Assembly: GCA_965637545.1 (NCBI GenBank)
Contig: OZ281497.1
Location: 20,708,001 to 20,772,000, forward strand
Origin: Phallusia mammillata
Taxonomy: Eukaryota
Direction of reading: 5' to 3'
Length of the DNA stretch: 64,000 nt
Made by a program: the position numbers and the translations under genes. The notes beneath the pieces were generated by a model. The model was not told where the DNA came from and searched no databases. It saw only the letters and a list, made by a program, of their open reading frames with translations. Positions 20,014 to 33,200 of the stretch are shown here, piece by piece; position 1 is the stretch's first letter, and each line of letters begins with the position of its first letter.

Positions 20014-21895
20014 ATTCGGTGTTTTTTTGTGTTTTTTTCATTGCTGAAATGTGCACCAATATCTTGTTAAAATGGTTCAGGTGTGGTATGGAAAAAAATA
20101 GGACTATTTAGTAAATCAAATAACATTTACAACACACTTTTTGAGAAAATTTATGTTTTTTTGAGTAAAGATCGCCAGTAAATTTCAGCATGTATGTTTG
20201 TTAAAGTATTGCAGGAACATATTCTTAAAGTAAGACAATCAAAACCGAGACTTGAAGAGTCTGTCAATTTCTATGATAATTTTTGGATTTTGATATGCTG
20301 TATCCCAGCCATTATAGTATTTGTACACCACATATCAAGGATATGAAAAGCATTATCATTTGATTTTAATGTTTGGCAAGAGGCTTTGTCCCAATGTATT
20401 CTTGAAGGTAATCACAGGGTTGTACAATTGAACTTACCAGCAAACTTTTACCAATAAAAAAATATTTTGTTGCAGGCCTTTTTTCAGACAAAGTAACATG
20501 ATATGTCCTATATATACACGCCTGGGATTAGCCCAGAAATGTGCATGCAATCCATCAATCACTAAACACTAATATATTAATCATAGTACGCCATGCCTAT
20601 TAAGGCGTTTTACCGAATCAGCCGGTCACCAAGCACGATAACTCTCATGCCCAAACGATTAAGTTTTTGTGGATATCGTTCCGAAATTTAAACCTTAATT
20701 GTAACAAAGCCACAAAAATATGAACGACATGTGAAGGCTACGTAGCATGAAAACTTCTACAAGACAAAATATCGTAAAGAATATTATTAAAATACAAAGA
20801 TTTGTCAGCGAGAGGTTATAAATCGCATTGCTCTCGTGATGCCCTGAGCAAAAAACTTCTGCGGCATTGCTTAAACCCGAAGAAAAAAAAATTGCTCTCA
20901 ACGAAGTCAGCTCGTTGGCAAATTCATGGCAAACATATCGCTTTCAGGTCCGTTCTCCCAGGATATAAAAGTCCAACGTTTTTCCAATATATTTAAAAAA
21001 AATGATATTTGTGATACCATTAAGTTGAAACACAACGTTTCAGCAATAATTCCGTTCCAGGACAAGGGTTTTTCCATATTTGACGCTTGTTTTTGAAATT
21101 CCTCGGCAAATAGCCTGACATAATCAAAATTGAAGTGTATAGTTAAACATTATTTCAGCTAAGCTACATGCAAAGATTACATTTGGTAAAACTGTGTTGG
21201 CCTACAAAAGTCAGTCAGCAAACAAAATTCAGAAATTAGTTAAAAATAATTATCTCCTTGTAAAGCAGTTTATACTGAAAGGTTTAGTTATAAATCTTCA
21301 TGCGAATCAGAGCACCAAGCTATTATATTTCACTGTCTAAGCAGATTAATTTCGAATAAATCTGTGAATGGACTTAATACTGAACAAACAATTAAAGCCA
21401 TGCGAAGACCCGTTAGATAACGGCAACAATACCTATCAGCCACCGACCCTGTGACCACCGAAGGAATCTTTCGTTAGCTCGTATGAGTTCTCCGTAAGTT
21501 CAAAAGGTCACAATTCTAAAAATCGATGACATAAAAGAATGAACTGGCAATGATCTTGTAAGGTACTTTTCATTTATAATGTGTAAAAATCTTGAAAATT
21601 CTGTGTTGATGTTGATGGTGCGTGAGGTCAGGTTGCCAGTTACTCACAAACCTTAATATGCGTACAAAATCGAATCGCTAGGTGTCAGGCCCGAGGCTTT
21701 AACTGGGCTCAGCTGCTTTACTTCAATAAAAAATTGGTGCAGTGCAATTACGCGTATTTAGAACAATTGGTGCGGCGATAATGCTTATTTGCGACGAAGC
21801 TAAAATATTCCGCACTTCTTTTGTCCAATTGAATCTACACCAAGACTTAGGCTACTTTTAAACATTGGCCATCAATATTCCTGAACGGGTAGGCT

Positions 21896-22078
21896 CAGTG
21901 CCGGATTAACCATTAGGCAAAGTAGGCACGTGCCTACAGGCCAGTCAAAAATCCAGGCCTGATAATTCAAAAAAGTCAAAAATCCAGGGTGATATTCTAA
22001 ATTTTTAGTTGGCAACCCTGATTTTCGGGCCACTAATAAAATATGCCTACAGGCCAGCAGACCCTTAATCCAGCACTG
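21896..22078. mobile_element. hAT-type MITE
   Basis: TIR CAGTGCCGGATTAA / TTAATCCAGCACTG; exact 8-bp TSD GGTAGGCT (21888-21895, 22079-22086). Confidence 0.9.
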
Positions 22079-22593
22079 GGTAGGCTACATCATTTATACT
22101 TGACTAAGCATATTTAAACTGGGCAGAATATAACATGCACTTTAATCCCTTGTTTCACAACCCTAAACATCCTATCCATATCCTAATGCACACATTAACT
22201 GGTTTATGTTAGTTAAAGGAAACCATGTTACATCACACAGTCTTGTCCGATTTCATGCTGTGTAACACAGGTTGAATACGACCGTACATATGTATATTTC
22301 CGCTTGTAGTCTTTCTCTCCGGAATGGTTTAATCAAGCGTGATTTTATAGTTGTTCTCAAGTCCAATTGAGTCTCTTTTCATACCGCTGGAAATGCTACT
22401 AGGTAGGGCGGTAGGCTATGTTTTTTGAAAATAATTTTGGAATAAATCAAAAATTTTAGTCAAGGCTATTTGCCCTTAGAATACACAAATTACAACAGTT
22501 TCACTTAATTTTTTTTAGGTTTTTCGGGGATTGATCAAGCCTAAATAAAAACGTTCGTTGCTTTCCTAAGTTCCAGAGGCCACTTTGAACGCG

Positions 22594-23430
22594 TTACTCA
22601 CAGATGCCTAATGAGAAATGCACGGCGGCAGTCTTACGCCTGTTACAGAGACTAACCGACTTCTCCGCATAAAAGAAAAAGGCCAGCTGGAGTCGGCGCT
22701 GGTGTAACGGGGATAGGCGATAAGACCAGAGTAAAATCGATGCTCTATTGAAGAAGGCCGATGGGAATAGTAAAGAGCGCAATGTTTTAAAATGGATTTG
22801 GCGGATGTACAGTTACGTCTGTGGCGTGGTAGGGCAAGGCAAGGTTTGTGGTAAGGTTGTGAGCGTGCTGGTATAACTTAGCTCTCTAAGTTAGTTGCTG
22901 ACTTTGTCTACTTCCTCTCAATAGAATTAAAAGGCGTACTACATGAAGATCTTACTTTTGTAGACTGCAGCTTTACACCGTAGTTATACAATACAACATC
23001 TAAGGTTGTAAAATTGTTGCACATTGTGTGGTTCAGTCTTATGCCGAGGTATATGTAAGACTTATCTTAAATCTTAAACGCTAAGATAGCCCCAGTCATC
23101 AAGGTCAAAATGTTAAGCATCAAAACCTGTGACCACAGCCGGTGCGTTGGTGGATTTACAATGTACATTTTATAGTGATTGACACTTCCTCAGCCTACTT
23201 TACTTCTATCAGCGTATATTGCTATCAGCCAGTGGCACATACTTGTTACAAAATATTGATGTCGAGTAACTTGTTGAACAACTATATTAGTATGCCTATG
23301 CTTTGCCTAGTTGCACAGCTGGATCGGGGTTGGGGTCTTTGGGACCTGAGGTTCGAAATGTGTCAAAATACTTCCTCTGGCTGCAGCTGCACCATATATT
23401 TAAGTCAGTCTGCTTTGGTGCCGTGAGCAT
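22594..23430 (-). pseudogene. Possible heavily decayed LINE RT fragment
   Basis: Scattered minus-strand peptides AIYADR, YIYLGIRL and RLSPLHQRRLQL occur in RT order, with many stops and frameshifts. Confidence 0.3.
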
Positions 23431-24221
23431 TCGTGTGTGATGTCAGCCCTAATTTGGCTGCAAGTGCCTATGGTATCTCAGTGATCGAACACACTAGCCA
23501 CCGGTGATAAAATACAGCACCTAACCAAGCGGTACATTCAGGAAATTGGTGTACACTGTACAACACTGCAGTGGCGTAGCGGCTCCTATATATGGCTTTT
23601 TGTCACCGGTGTGTAAGGTCAATGCACGTTAAAACACATCGTTCGGAATGTATTGCTCAGTAAAACTTGGTTTTGTCTGTTAAAACATATCTGATTAAAA
23701 ACGTTGCAGAGATAAAGCTACATTCATTACATTTTTTTGGAAAGCATCAATCAAAACACTAATGAAATATTTGTTTAGTTTACCCTTTTGCTTTAGTTCA
23801 TTATGGCGTCATTGATCTATGTGTTTTGACATAATTAGTCAATACACGAGCTACAAACTTAAGCAAGCCCAATAACTCGACAGCCTTGTTGATTTTTAAT
23901 GCAATGGGTTTGATTTCTAACCAGCTTTATCGAGACGACAATGCGTTTACAAGAAATCCGAAGTTTGTGAACTATGTAAGTGTACCTGGTGATTAAATGT
24001 TATGGTTTGAATGCTATGCTAGTATGACTGTCAATTTCTAGATTGTGAAACAAACTATTTTACTAGATTTTTTTAGTTTCGTGTTTGGAAACTAGTTCTA
24101 TAATGACGGTCTAGTCTGTTTTCGTAACTTTCTCTGACCCGACGGAACAAATCACAGGTTTTCGCACATTGGAATTGTCTGTGCAGGATACTTACACAGC
24201 AGAAAACAGCTACCTTTTAAA

Positions 24222-27200
24222 ATGGGCGTCTATCATGAAGATGAACCTTTAACGTCAGAGAACAGGCCAGATCAGGCCATTGCTGTGGAGAAGTCAGAAA
24301 ATACGCTTCAAGAAAACAATGGCATTCCGGAGTTATCTAAGTCCACTCAGTCTCTGAGCCATTCCGAATTAGTGAGTGGCTCTGCACCGCAATGCGACGA
24401 GCCGATGGGAAACGATGTCGAACTGCTGAACTATGAGCGCACCGACGAAGTATGCGAGGCATCTGAGCTGCTGCAGTCCCATGAGAGCTACGCGGTCTGG
24501 TCAGACGGGGAATCCCCGGTGGTAGTTAGTGTTGACCCTGCAGAGGAACGTTCGTGGAGCCGACTGGTAACCTGTCAGCGGGGTCCCGCAAATGCCAAAG
24601 AGGCTGTGGCTGCCCTTAATCGTCCAAAATGTAAGAATGCATTTTTAAATGACTTTGCCCCCTTGGTCCTATACGCATGTAAATGATTGGCAACCTTATA
24701 TAGAAGTTGCCCTGAGAACGGGGAATATTAACGGAAGTAATGTTGAGTGATTACCCGGTGTCCTCTTGGTATTTTCCTGAAATGTAGAATAGCCACCGGG
24801 GCTGTGGTTGGTTTTAATGTCACTATGCCTAAACGTCGCTTTAGTAGCTTATGTTGACTAAATATGTTGATTAGAAAAGAAACTGTCACAAGGAAACAAT
24901 GCTTCGGGTTTTATTTCAAAACATTGCTGTTTTTCACCTTTCAGTTAGTTTTTTTGTAACGTCAGATCTCAAGTATTAAAACCATTTCAAAATCGGTAAT
25001 ATTGTGCGAAAATCCCCTTTCTGTACAAATCAAGCAAAATACTTTTTGGTGTTTAAATCGAAACAAGTAACAAATAAACTATTTAACTTTTTTGGAATAT
25101 TAGTCAAATCTTAGATTTTGTGCTTTTACGGTTTGATAAAACTTTATTCACATAGACCCAGAACGACGGGCGGAGAGTTCACCTCTCAGCTACAAGACGT
25201 GGATGTTACAGCTAACCCGGCGACGGCGTCTTGAGATCTTCATAGCAGTTGGACTTTCCCTTTGGCTAGCCTTCTTTGTGGTCCTCGCAATCTTTATGAA
25301 CGGTAAATTATCAAGTCTCAACTCCTAGTGAATAATTTATGGAGATTTTGAAGATAAAATAGCCTTAAAATGTCAAAAGCAAAAAGTAGATCAACTTAAG
25401 GCACTTTCTTAATTGTGTTGCACTTAAGTGTGTACGTAAATAAGGTGGGAAAGCACATGGGTTAATCATTATATACTGACTTTATTCCTAGTCCATATAT
25501 TTAATGCATTTACAAACAACGTGTTTAACACGGCAAGAAACATCTTAATATGTGACATTTTAAGGAACGTTGGCGTAACACAAGCTTCAGTAGGCAGCGA
25601 ATTTCGGTCAGTCAATATCGGTGGTATTTGGCTGTGTTGTATATAGCGGTATCGATCCACACTTTTTGCACTAGACAGCGCTGCGTGATTCATGGTCGGG
25701 CCCCGTCACGCAAAACGCAATGCATTTACGACTCGTGCAGTATTTATGGACGACGCAGAAGCCAGAATTTGCAATTGTGACATAGTATTCTAAAGTTGAT
25801 AACAACGAAAGGTTAAGTCCTCGGATGCATTTTCCTTTTTTATTGGTATGGCTTCAAGCAATTCCAATACAGTAGCACCGTAGCTGGTCGTTGTAACAAT
25901 AAGTCTATGAATTAGGGCAGGGGTCGGCAACCTTTTGTGAACGGCGGGCGGTTTTGGAAACTAAAATTTTATCGCGGACCGGTCTTCAAAAAAGTACAAA
26001 TATTTAGCAATAAAAACGCTTAAATTAGTTTATCATCCCCGGGATACATGGGCCAAACGTTTTGTAACATCTAACCTAAACATTTATACGGCCCGGTAAC
26101 GAAACCCTCGCGGACCGGTACCGGGCCGCGGACCGGCGGTTGCCGACCACTGAATTAGGGTATTATTATCATTGTGAGGTGTACTTGAATTTTGTATCTC
26201 TTTTAGGTAATGCAAATGTGCCCGATGCAGACTCAGGCAGTACAACATCAAACAATTCACCAGGATTCCAGCCTGCACCAGTCAGCCCACATGAAACAGG
26301 TGGGTGTTCCTTGTGTATTTTAAAACCACTTATCTATTTTGAACCATCTCCACGCATGGTGTATTGCAGCTTCCGGAGTGTACATGGTTTTGGTATTATT
26401 CGCCGATACTGGTGCTGACGTTGTTCTTGTTTTATAGTTACCCCCTCAGTCGTGTTGCCTTCAAGGAACAACACTTTGGTTCCGAACAAAACTTCAAGTT
26501 TGAACTATACGCTGCCTATGGACCGTAACAAATCTACGGATGGCGCTACTTTGTTGCCTAGCGTTGCGTCTCCAACCTCAGGCAAGCAATGTTCGTCACT
26601 TTTACAATTAACTTTTTTCTGGACCCGGTGGCTGTTAATGGTTAGCCTAATTATTATTGTTCTTACCCAATCATGTTGGTCATTTTGCAGAATAAAGTGA
26701 TTTTTAAAATTGATTATGCCAACAACGGTATTGGCCTCACTTGAGGAAATTTGTGTTTAATTTGTGCATTATAAGCATTTGTAAAGATAATCTTTAATTA
26801 GACTGTGATTTGAATTAGTTTGTGCCGTTGCTGCCGAATGCCGGTTTAAGTGCACCGTCAATTGTTGTAACTGGACCGCCAAGAGACACTTCTATTCACT
26901 TGAGCTGTAGATTTCCTGACTAAATGATTTACGTTGCCTCTCGACCTTGCGCTAATTTCCTTGATTACCACACATGCTAACTGTGTTAAATTTGATGCTT
27001 CATTAAATTTGGAATGGTGCATAAAATGGAGCTCAGTTTGATGAAAAAAAAGTGTTTATCTGCGTGAAAGTGGGTATTTGAAAATGAACGTTTTGAGGAA
27101 TGGCAAACATAAATCGTTTACATAACTTCAAGTACACGGATTCAAAAGTTTATGTCTGTATACCAATTACACAACCTGTTTTTGTTTTGTAGACAAAATT

Positions 27201-30200
27201 TCACCTACTGCATCTTCGCCAGTAACAACTTCTGCCACTTCTGGTTCAGCAACAGTCAAAACAACAACAATAACTACAATGCGTTCTACAACATCAGCCA
27301 CAACCACATCATCAACATCAACAACCATAAAAACTCCCACAACCAAACCCACAGAGGCGTCGATAGAACAGGAGAGCACCACAAAAATTGCCAGCAAGCA
27401 AAACGGGGAAACCACCGCTTTTCGGGCCACTGTGGGAGTGACGTCTTCTGCAGCAACGAGCCAATCAGAGGACGAGCTGGCATTAAACCGGCTTAACTAT
27501 CCCAGCGTGTCGCCGATGGAGTTGCTAGCTACGCTAAAAGGTTAGGAATATTGGCATTTTGTTTCTATGTGTTATATAGTGTCCCAAAATAATCATGATT
27601 CAAGATTTTGACAAACACTCGTATCATAAATAAGTTATTGTTGTCAGGCATAATGTATAAAATAGTATTGTTCTTCAAGCAGTGATTGATGAAGGCGACT
27701 TGTATGGAACGTCGAAACGTCGATTATGATAAAAACTGCTGGAAGAGCAATACTCGTTTATATACTCGTGTCATGGTTGTTGATGTAATGCAGTCATGTC
27801 AGTTTTATATGCCTAGGTCAAATCTATTACATTTTTTAAGGAAAACGCTAGTAAACAAGCTTGTTATGATTATCATGCCCGAATTCCTTGGTATTAAGTC
27901 ATGACGTGTAATCGCATTCTACACGAAATTTTGGGCTTAATCAGTCAGCAATCCTATTGGTCGCTATTTCGCTTTATGTGCGTTACAATAGATAAGACGG
28001 ATACCTTGCGGCACGATTTGCGGCATAACGGCTGCCCAGTCATGCGTGGCGGTTCTGGAATTTCGCCCAAATCCTTTTTTGTACAACGAAGTTTCGATTG
28101 ACATTGAGTCGCTTTGCCAAAATTCACCAATTTAAATTTTTCAATAAAATGCTTTTAAATCTGTATATTACTAAGGACCTAATGCCACCTGATTGATAAT
28201 TTTAAAGGTTGAGATTGTGGAGAACTTCACAAAGTTTTGCTGTCTTTATTCTGTGCTTGTGGGTGGTCCGCTAAACAATGTTTTGACCTGCATATGTCAT
28301 TTTAACGTGAACCACAGTATTTAGTTTCAAAAGACACGACACGTATACTTTATCACTTAAAGGACAATAGCTTAGCATTAGGTGTTTGGATGTTTGCTAT
28401 ATTGGAATTTGTGTAGAAGGTTTTGTTACACAGTTTAAATTCTTCTGATCAAGCACCGTTGCTACACTTACCACTTCAAAGGTCATATACCGGCACACGT
28501 TGCTAAGTTCTCACTTTTATTCTGTGAGATACGAAACAGCGCAGACCTTTTCCCTTTCTTACGCCTGCAGCCAACCCGCCCCCGAGGTTTTATTCCGTTT
28601 GCGGTCGCTTGTGCGTCACTTACAAGCCGATTAGTATATAGGCCGGCATTTGGGAAAAGGTTGTTAATACTATGACTGGTAACTCGCGTCTAGCGCTAAG
28701 CACACACTGCTAACACACAACGAGGCGCCATATGAACAAAACCCAGCAACGAAGGCATCAGGGCGTATCCAGCGGTGGTGTTCGCTCGGCCGGCCGGCCG
28801 GCCGGCGTGCGTGCGTAGTAATGAATAGAGTCTCCAGATAGTGGCACGTGACCTGTCAGCCGTTCGTAGTTTTATTTCGGGGACTAGGAAACGGCACAGA
28901 TGGTTCAGCCAATTGTTATTTTGACTAGGTTTGCCTAAACAGCATAACGGGTGCCCAATCATGTTTGCCATACTTGTTTGTTTTATGTTTTATTCCTATT
29001 TTTCTCATCATATCGAATGATGAACTTGTATACGTGACATAAATGAATGAACCACAAAATCCGAAAGTGGATCACAACTGTTTAATTACGGTACACCTCG
29101 TTCCAATTTTCCCACAAAACGCAACATGACTTAGACAGGGTCAATAATGAATCTCAAACCTAAACTGTATCTGTATTAAAGCGCTTCTAACTTGACACTT
29201 GTGGATTTGTAGCCCGGGTCAGCACTTGTCTAGACGTTTTCCAGAGCGAAAAAAACCGCACGGTATATGCTTGAAAGGGTAGAGCATGTAGGCACTGTTG
29301 GATGGCATCCACCACCTTTCGCCATTGGTCGAAAATTGTCGTACGATCGCTACGTCATCCCCTGTGGCCCCATGCCGCTTATTACAACTTTGGGCGGGGT
29401 TATTGGTTTGATGGGCGTGGTTGCTTTTGGGAGCTTTTTCGTTTCTCAAGTTACGATGCTGCGAATTTGGTTATTTACCAACGTAACGCGCACACAACTT
29501 CATGTAGCAATAATTACTTGGTAGAGAAGTCAAACATATCACTATGTTTTTGGATGTAAGTCAAGGTAAAGGCTTCTAAATGCACAGTGGTCAATAATGG
29601 AACCAATTAGTAGTCAAATAAAACGCTAATTGACAACGACTTGTTCTTTTCGTAATCGATATATGACTACTCAAATAATTGCCGCACTTAAGTGCATTAA
29701 ATACAATACAAAATACTGCAATTATTTACAGGTGCATTATCGAGAAGCACGACATACTAACTATATAATGTAAGTCTATCCCTAAAAAGTGAAGACGGTC
29801 ACTTTAAATACACAAAAGTGGCATTTAAACCGTTGATAAACGCCATTCTAACTCATCACCTTTGCCGGGATAATGGTAATGCTTCGCAACCGTTCACTTG
29901 GCGGCTCATTTCTTATCGTAATTGCACCGCGTTGTTGCCAAAATGTGTAAGTAATGGTTGTGCAAACTGACCTAAAAGTCATTTTTTTCTGACGGCTGTT
30001 TTTGGGGGCGTTTTCCGTCACGCACTGCAGAATCTCTAAAGTATCTTCGTCGCATTTGGCCTTTAAACCGTGAACATTGTTTAATGTCGTTAGTCTGTGT
30101 AATCGCTCTTTTTTGGCTTAGCATCTCCGTGTATGAACATATTTATTTGCATTTACTTTATGGTACTTTGAAAGATTCTTTAAATGCAATTGGTGGCCTG

Positions 30201-33200
30201 TATGTTTCTTATCAACATTATTAGGCTTTAAAAACACGTACCCCAAACCTTTAGGATTGGATAGGTTTCTTTGATCTCATTTAGCCACGTGGTGCTGATA
30301 CAAACTTCTCACGTAGCCCCCCGGGGTTGTAATTGCAAAGTTTGCTCACACAACAAGCCTCACAATCACAATGGCGCAGTGGCGTAGTAAAAACCGCCGA
30401 CGGGAAGTAAACATCACACGCTTGTAGTTTTTTGCTCACAGCCGGCGCAAAATGAGTAGATTTTGGTGTAATTCGTCGATCGGAGCATATTGCCGTGTCT
30501 AGTATAGGGGGATGTATGTGTTGCAATTTCCTATGCGTTGAACCCGTTTAGTGACGTAATAGTTAAAAACGCTTCTTGTGTCGTACGTCATCAGTGTTTC
30601 TGACCTTGTTAGCAGATTCTATTTGTTACGAGTCATAAATTCCATTCAATTATTCATGATGCATCCTTAAAAATCAAAATTATATGACATCGGTATGTGC
30701 TGATGCGTTAACCGTTTTCTATTTTACGAATCAACATACATAATTTATAGTACAAAGAGTCAAAGGTTTGTGTACACACACACACTCATTTATATTTTTG
30801 TTGTTTTGAAATTACCCCTATTTAACAATACTGAAACTACATGGGTTATGTAAACCTAAATTTCGACAGCCCTGCAAAATCAAATTTCATATCAGCCACG
30901 ATCGATAGTTAAGTGTTGGCCTTATTTAACTTAAAAAAGTCGTTACCGCGGTTTTGAAAATGTGGAAATTCGAACGACAGAGTATTTAGAGGAAACCGAG
31001 AGGAGTGTACAGCGCGCGATGACTGCTGGTCCAATCGGATCAATGAAAACCGGCTTCTCGATTTGCGCGTTACGTCACCGGCTTTTGTGGCAGTGAATGG
31101 AGCGCCGCGCTTTTAAACAGATGGCGCGTGTGGCTAGTGAATTATCGATGAGACTGCGTTAGACGATGGTCTCCCTGGAAGCGAATTAAGGGAGACAAGG
31201 GAGCGCGACTGTACAAACTGAAAACCTCTCGACAAACTCTTCAACGGGCGTTGTGGATGAAACCGCCAACATATAACCGTTTTTCATTGGCGTCTAATCG
31301 CACGCTTACCGTTTTGCCGGAACTGGACGCTATTTATATGGCTGACTACTTGAATTTCACTCCTATTGTCTGGGTGCAGTATTTCAATACCCTAAGTCAA
31401 TGATTGCAGCCTTTCGTCGTAGAAACGAAAAAAAAACGATAGTTTCGTTCCTTGGTTTTGAGACACCTTAACTTTCGGCGAACAATCTAAGGTCCTATAA
31501 GTAACTATTGTATCTTTTGTACTCCAGTTTGTTGGTTCGCTTTAGATCAGGGGTGGGCAACCTTTGTCACTGTGGGGCCAAATACAATTGCAATAATTAG
31601 ATCGCGGGCCGCACCTTTATATGGCACAAGGTGATTTTACTTCGTTGCACACCAAAAATGCCTCACTACAAGTAAAATTCGCATTTGATTCTCGCAGCAT
31701 ATTGTCAGGTCGTAGAAAAATAGCGCCAGGCGCACTAATCTGCTCAAAAATATATAATAATTGCACTCGTTTGCCAGTACATTTGAAGTCCAAGTGTCTC
31801 TGCGGGCCGCACAACCTTTAATCAAGGGCCGCATGTGTATGGTGGCCTATGAATGCCAACACAAAAAAATAAAAACAAAAGAATTAAAAACGCAATTTAA
31901 AACGAAAATTAAAGAAAAAATCAAATTAAAAACACAAATAAAAATGAAAATACAAATCGAAACGTAAACGCAAATCAAAATGAATACACAAATCAAAATG
32001 AAAACGCAAATCAAAACGAAAACGCAAATCAAAATGAAAACACAAATCAAAATGAAAACGCAAATTTAATTGAAAACGCAAATCAAAACGAAAACGCAAA
32101 TCAAAATGAAAACGCAAATTAAATTAAAAACGCAAATCAAAATGAATACACAAATCAAAATGAAAACGCAAATCAAAATGAAAACGAAAATCATTTTCGT
32201 TTTTTCGCCGTGGCCGAGGCGTGCCAGTGCCAGTTGCGAAAAATAAAAGTGAAAATGAAAGTGTGTTTTTCCGCCGTGGCCTATGAGTGCCAGTGCCAAC
32301 TGTGACGTCATACATTGGTCACGGCCGAGTAACGTATTCGCGGGTAATCAGTGAGTTTGAGCAAAATCTATGTTTTGGGTATGAGGACTTGCAGCATTTT
32401 GGAACTGTAAGCCTACTTTTTGTTGTTGTTTAACCGTAAAACAAACCAATTATCTGAAAATAAAACAGTAACGATAAATTGCAAAGTCTAGTAACCGCTC
32501 TTATTTATTTTATATGTGTAGCAACTTTGTATTGCAAGATTAAAAAGTGACCGAGACTTGGAAAAAATAGAAATGAAATAACAAGCTACCAGAAAATAGG
32601 GGAAGATATTTTGGACAAAAAGTATTTGACAGTGCAAAGGTGTAGTTCCGAAGTTTCTGGCAAATCTCAAAAATATTCCAAAGTCCTTGCTCGTGAATTT
32701 GTAACTTAATTGAAAGTGTTTCTTTGGAAAACATTAAACAAGCATGTAGCTTGCATTTTTCTCTTAAGCATATGGATTGTGATGGCTTTGCTGGAGAGCA
32801 GGTACTTTCCTGCCTGTTGTTTAGACAAATACCAAATTTAACAGTTGTTCATATTCGTTTTAACTTTTAGGGCGTGGTATTAAACACAATTAAAACTCCA
32901 GTTTCTTCAGATGAAAACATCTCATTGCCTGACATTAAAAAAATAATATGAATAAGTAAACCTACATGTGGGTCATTCCTCAAAAAAGTATGTTTTAATC
33001 ATGTACCAAAAAATCCTGTCTATTTTTGACATGATAAAACTTGGCAGTGCTGTACAGTCTTCCTCTACAAAGATAATTGCCCCCACTTCAAAATTGATGA
33101 GATGATGTGGGGAAGTGAAACCAGTGTTGACTTCAAAATAGAGGAAGAGAAGTTTGGAGAGGGTGGTTTTCGTAGAGCATTCAAGGAAAGATCTTCATCT

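Noticed and set aside
27167-27483. Hydrophobic minus-strand ORFs (VVVV-rich)
   Set aside because: Antisense shadow of the Thr-rich mucin exon.
29267-29524. Alternative signal-anchor first exon for the ceramidase
   Set aside because: The hydrophobic stretch has no convincing phase-1 donor to join exon 34980; a better anchor exon exists at 25156.
31847-32315. FILICV / RFHFDL repeat proteins
   Set aside because: Translations of the 18-bp minisatellite.
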